Source: an uncultured Spirochaetota bacterium
GTDB lineage: Bacteria; Spirochaetota; Spirochaetia; SZUA-6; Fen-1364
Assembly: GCA_963734545.1 (NCBI GenBank)
Contig: CAVTHO010000007.1
Coordinates: forward strand, 1-64,000
Length of the DNA: 64,000 bases
Reading direction: 5' to 3'
Shown: positions 60,673-64,000 of the stretch, piece after piece
Position numbering within the stretch: position 1 is the stretch's first letter
Layout of the letters: each line of letters opens with the position of its first letter
Notes under the pieces: model-generated
The model's input: the letters and a program-made list of their open reading frames with translations, nothing else
Told to the model about the DNA's origin: nothing
Databases searched by the model: none
Position numbers and translations under genes: made by a program

Positions 60673-61470
60673 TCAGCCCTTCACCGCTCCGGTTGTCATG
60701 CCTTCCCCTAGCTGATCCTGCAGGAAAAGATAGACCAGGACTGAAGGTACTGCCATGATCACCAGGCAGGCGAAAACCACCTCAGGCCGGGCGCCGTAGA
60801 TCGAGGATGTCAGGGAAACGACTGCCATTGGCAGCGTCCGCATGCTGTCGGTTCGGGAAAACAGCAGTGGATTGAGGTAGTCGTTCCACGAGGTGATGAA
60901 GCCCAGGACAATGACGTTGATGATCGCCGGTTTGCTGATGGGCGCATAGACCTTGAGCCATGCCGTGAAAAAGCCGCCGCCTTCCATGGTCGTGGCCTCG
61001 AGCAGTTCCCTTCCCAGAGAATCGAAGTAGTTCTTGAGTATGAGGATCGCCACCGGCATCCAATACGTCGCCGCGGGCAGCACCAGGGCCTGGTAGGAGT
61101 TCATCCACCCCAGCGCCTTCATGGTCTGGAACAGCGGCGTGATGAAACAGAGCATCGAGATGGACATGGTCAGCATGATGACCATGTAGATCAGGCCGCG
61201 GCCCGGGAAACGGATCTTCGAGAAGGCGAATGCGGCGGGGGAGGCGACGGCAACTATCAAAGCCACCTGCAGGATGGATACCACGAAGCTGTTGAAGATC
61301 ATGCGCGCGATAGGGAACCCCGAGGTGAACAGGTAAGCGTAGTTGCCGATCCCCGCTCGGGCGAAAGAGGAGATCCCGACGTTGGCCAGCGGGATGATGT
61401 ACAGGACTCCCAGGAGGCACAGCAGGAGCTCGATCCCGACCTTTTGGCCGATGGAAAGCTTCCTGAACAT
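60673..61470 (-). CDS. CUT1 ABC permease (MalG-like)
   Basis: ELLEATTMEG EAA motif and SWNDYLNPL. Confidence 0.92.
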   Translation of the reverse strand: MFRKLSIGQKVGIELLLCLLGVLYIIPLANVGISSFARAGIGNYAYLFTSGFPIARMIFNSFVVSILQVALIVAVASPAAFAFSKIRFPGRGLIYMVIMLTMSISMLCFITPLFQTMKALGWMNSYQALVLPAATYWMPVAILILKNYFDSLGRELLEATTMEGGGFFTAWLKVYAPISKPAIINVIVLGFITSWNDYLNPLLFSRTDSMRTLPMAVVSLTSSIYGARPEVVFACLVIMAVPSVLVYLFLQDQLGEGMTTGAVKG

Positions 61471-61471
61471 G

Positions 61472-62383
61472 TCAGGCCTCCTGCTTCCGCCTGTTGAAGG
61501 AGATCTGGATGGCGGAGAGGGCCACGCTCAGGAAAATCATCACGACGCTGATGGACGCGCCATAGCCTGCCTGGGAATTCTGGGAAACAGCCTGGTACAA
61601 CAAGGTGGCGGGGAACTGGGTGGCATTCCCCGGCCCGCCGCCGGTGAGAAGCCACACGATGTCGAATGTTTTGATCGCGCCGACCATGCCGAGGATGATG
61701 ACCGTTGTATGGGTAGGCCAGAGGCCGGGCCACACGACGCTGCGCAGGGTCCTCCAGAAGCCGGCGCCATCGATCTGCGCGGCCTCGTAAATCTCGTCCT
61801 TGATGGTGGTGAGGCCGGCGATGTAGAAGACCATCTGGGCGCCCATCCACTGGAAGATGTTGGTGAGTACGATGCAGCCAAGGGCGGTCCGCGGATCGCC
61901 CAGCCAGGCCCGGACCAGGCTGGACAGCCCGAGGGACTTCAGCGTCGTATTGATCACCCCGAAATTGGGCTCGTAGAGTCCCATGAAGGTGCGGGCAATG
62001 ACCGTCGTCGAAAGGGCCACGGGAATGTAGAACAATGCCTTGAAGAAGCGGCTCCCGAAGAGCCGCGGCCGAAGCAGGAGCGCCACGCAGAGGCCCACGA
62101 ACATCTGGACAGTGACGGTGAAGAACATGAAGATCATGACGTTGGCCAGAGCCCTCAGGGACAAGGGATCGGAAAAGAGCACCCGGTAATTCCTCAGGCC
62201 GCGGAAAACCATTGTCGCAGGATCGAAGCCGTCCCATTTGTAGAGGCTGAGCCGGAGAACGTAGGAAAGCCCGTAAAAAACGAAGAGACCCATGAGGGCA
62301 AGAACCGGAGCGAGAAAGAGGTAGCCGGAAACGGTTTCGGTTGTTCTCATCCGCGGAAAGGAGCCGGGTCTTGGTCGGTCCAT
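61472..62383 (-). CDS. CUT1 ABC permease (MalF-like)
   Basis: GLRNY..LF.D, IYEAAQIDGAGFW and LTGGGPG. Confidence 0.93.
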   Translation of the reverse strand: MDRPRPGSFPRMRTTETVSGYLFLAPVLALMGLFVFYGLSYVLRLSLYKWDGFDPATMVFRGLRNYRVLFSDPLSLRALANVMIFMFFTVTVQMFVGLCVALLLRPRLFGSRFFKALFYIPVALSTTVIARTFMGLYEPNFGVINTTLKSLGLSSLVRAWLGDPRTALGCIVLTNIFQWMGAQMVFYIAGLTTIKDEIYEAAQIDGAGFWRTLRSVVWPGLWPTHTTVIILGMVGAIKTFDIVWLLTGGGPGNATQFPATLLYQAVSQNSQAGYGASISVVMIFLSVALSAIQISFNRRKQEA

Positions 62384-62404
62384 GTCGAGCTCCCGTATAA
62401 TAAA

Positions 62405-62431
62405 ACGGCTGGCCTTGCTCCGGCCAGCCGT
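62405..62431 (-). terminator. Intercistronic stem-loop after the SBP gene
   Basis: ACGGCTGGCC-7-GGCCAGCCGT perfect 10-bp stem. Confidence 0.5.
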
Positions 62432-62451
62432 GCGAATCGAGCTTCGTTCCC

Positions 62452-63768
62452 CTATTCTTTTTCGGCCACAGCCTGCAGGGCGTCCAGCTCGGCCTTGATG
62501 TCCTTGCCGGCAACAACGTTCTGGACCGCGACGCCCATCTGGTTGAAGACCGCGGGGCTGGAAACGCCGCGCGGCCCGGCCATGTTGTTGTTGGTGGTGT
62601 TGACGATGGCATCCACGCCGTCGGATGAGGCCTTGTCCTGGTAGATGCTCTTGTCCAGGGAAACTCCCTTGAGCGAGGGAATCAGGCCCGCGCCGGGGCG
62701 TCCCGTCTGGTATGTGCGGCCGTCGCCGACCAGCATGTAGTCGAGCAGCTTGAGCGCGGCGTCCAGCCTGGCACGGTCCCTGGACAGGTTCTTGTTGAGA
62801 GCGATCCCGGTGTCGATACCGCCAAGGACCACTGGCGCGCCTCCGGCAAAATTCGGAACCGGGAAGGCGCCGAAGACATCATTGTCTGTTGCGCGGCCGC
62901 CGCGGCGGTCGGCATAGGGCTTGCCCTCGGCGTTGACGTTCTTTGGATTGGACAACATGCCGATGGCCCAGCCGCCGTTGATATGCATGGCTGCTTTCCC
63001 GTCCGCCCACATCCCGATGGAATCTTCGTACACGGAGACGCCAAGGGAGTTCTTATCGATGACGCCCTGGTCGACCAGGCTCCGAAGGAGAGTCATGGCC
63101 TTGACGAACTGCGGGGCGTTCCATTTCACCTTGCCCTGGTCTGCCTTCTCGGTGATTCCTTTCTCGACCATGTTGGCGAAGAGAGAGAAGACGTCGCCGT
63201 TGAACCAGCCATCCTTCAATCCGATCGTGAGGGGAAGCTTGTCGGGAAAGGCTTTCTTGAGCCTTGCAATGGCGTCTTTCAAGCTTGCCAGGTCGGTCGG
63301 CAGCCTGGTGATGCCGGCCTTCTGGAAATAGGTGGCGTTGTAGTAAATGAACATGGTAGCCGCTGAGCCGAGAGGCGCAATGGCGATCATGTTGCCGCCT
63401 GAGCGGACCCTTGCGTCCGCGACGACCGCCGGAACGAGCTTGTCGAGGGTGGGCTTGGCGATCGTGGTCAGGTCAAGCGCAAAAGCCTTGTACTGCGACA
63501 GAAGGGGCCCGGGCTGCACGGAAAAGATATCCGGGCCGGCCCCTGACGAGAACTCGGCCTGCAGCTTGGCTTTGTAGTCGTCCATCTGGTTCACGCTGGA
63601 CTGCAGCTCGATGCCGGGATACCTGGCCTCGAATCCCTTCTTGATCACGACGAAGTCCTCGACGGTCGGAAGGGACCACGTCCACCAGGTCAGAACGACC
63701 TTGTCTGCCGCGGACAGCGTGAAAGCGAGCACGACGCACAGAACAAGGGAGACGCCGAATTTCTTCAT
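62452..63768 (-). CDS. CUT1 ABC sugar substrate-binding protein
   Basis: Signal peptide, FEARYPGIE, GPDIF, IYYN..YF and GKAAM.ING.W. Confidence 0.92.
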   Translation of the reverse strand: MKKFGVSLVLCVVLAFTLSAADKVVLTWWTWSLPTVEDFVVIKKGFEARYPGIELQSSVNQMDDYKAKLQAEFSSGAGPDIFSVQPGPLLSQYKAFALDLTTIAKPTLDKLVPAVVADARVRSGGNMIAIAPLGSAATMFIYYNATYFQKAGITRLPTDLASLKDAIARLKKAFPDKLPLTIGLKDGWFNGDVFSLFANMVEKGITEKADQGKVKWNAPQFVKAMTLLRSLVDQGVIDKNSLGVSVYEDSIGMWADGKAAMHINGGWAIGMLSNPKNVNAEGKPYADRRGGRATDNDVFGAFPVPNFAGGAPVVLGGIDTGIALNKNLSRDRARLDAALKLLDYMLVGDGRTYQTGRPGAGLIPSLKGVSLDKSIYQDKASSDGVDAIVNTTNNNMAGPRGVSSPAVFNQMGVAVQNVVAGKDIKAELDALQAVAEKE

Positions 63769-63833
63769 ACCTCTTTCTCCTTTCATCAAATCCCTGGATT
63801 TCAAGACATAGTAGATCATAGCTTCCTTGAATC

Positions 63834-63847
63834 TGCAAGCGCTTTCA
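63834..63847. promoter_or_regulatory. LacI-type operator
   Basis: TGCAAGCGCTTTCA near-palindrome upstream of the SBP operon. Confidence 0.65.
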
Positions 63848-63955
63848 GTATATTTTCTACTCGTTTACAGTTATGAAAACCCGTTCTTTCCTGCATAAGT
63901 GAGAATCTGGAAGAACATGGCACTTGACAGCATATGCAACGAAAGGTTAGTAGAT

Positions 63956-63969
63956 GGTAAGCGTTTTCA
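63956..63969. promoter_or_regulatory. LacI-type operator (third copy)
   Basis: GGTAAGCGTTTTCA, just downstream of a plus-strand TTGACA at 63924. Confidence 0.5.
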
Positions 63970-64000
63970 GCATCTCCTGGCCGGCTGGGAAGGATCGACA

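Noticed and set aside
1-64000. tRNA, rRNA, CRISPR arrays, transposases, integrases, phage genes
   Set aside because: None recognised by eye in the ORF track or intergenic regions. A covariance-model search was not possible.

Overview
High-GC bacterial window, most likely from a free-living Spirochaetia genome. That assignment is inferred from the spirochaete-style FlgM / Fe-ADH-like / TrmH block, the HATPase-HDOD protein and the many sugar ABC systems. About 5.3 kb of core-like genes is followed by a long accessory mosaic: a polyol/sugar catabolic locus (CUT2 ABC, DeoR, four SDRs, Zn-ADH, GlpK); a GHL6-type glycoside hydrolase with decayed ABC genes; an 11-gene, largely translationally coupled operon of unknown function; a protease-lipoprotein pair; an imuA-imuB-dnaE2 mutagenesis cassette; a TcaB9/EvaC-type branched amino-sugar cassette; a sigma54-type CZB chemoreceptor; and a LacI-controlled CUT1 ABC/GalK-like locus. 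The unknown operon (23894-37279) encodes four PQQ-type beta-propellers, an NHL-like propeller with GCCNP, two Tat-signal Cys/Fe-S proteins, a NapH/MauN-like membrane polyferredoxin, a CxxC-bearing GT4 and a LolD/FtsX ABC, and is followed by tatB, tatA and tatC. It is the best candidate for an undescribed system. Many single-base frameshifts look like long-read consensus errors, while several junctions look like real deletion scars. No rRNA, tRNA, CRISPR array or transposase was recognised. All calls come from motif recognition only; no database searches were run.
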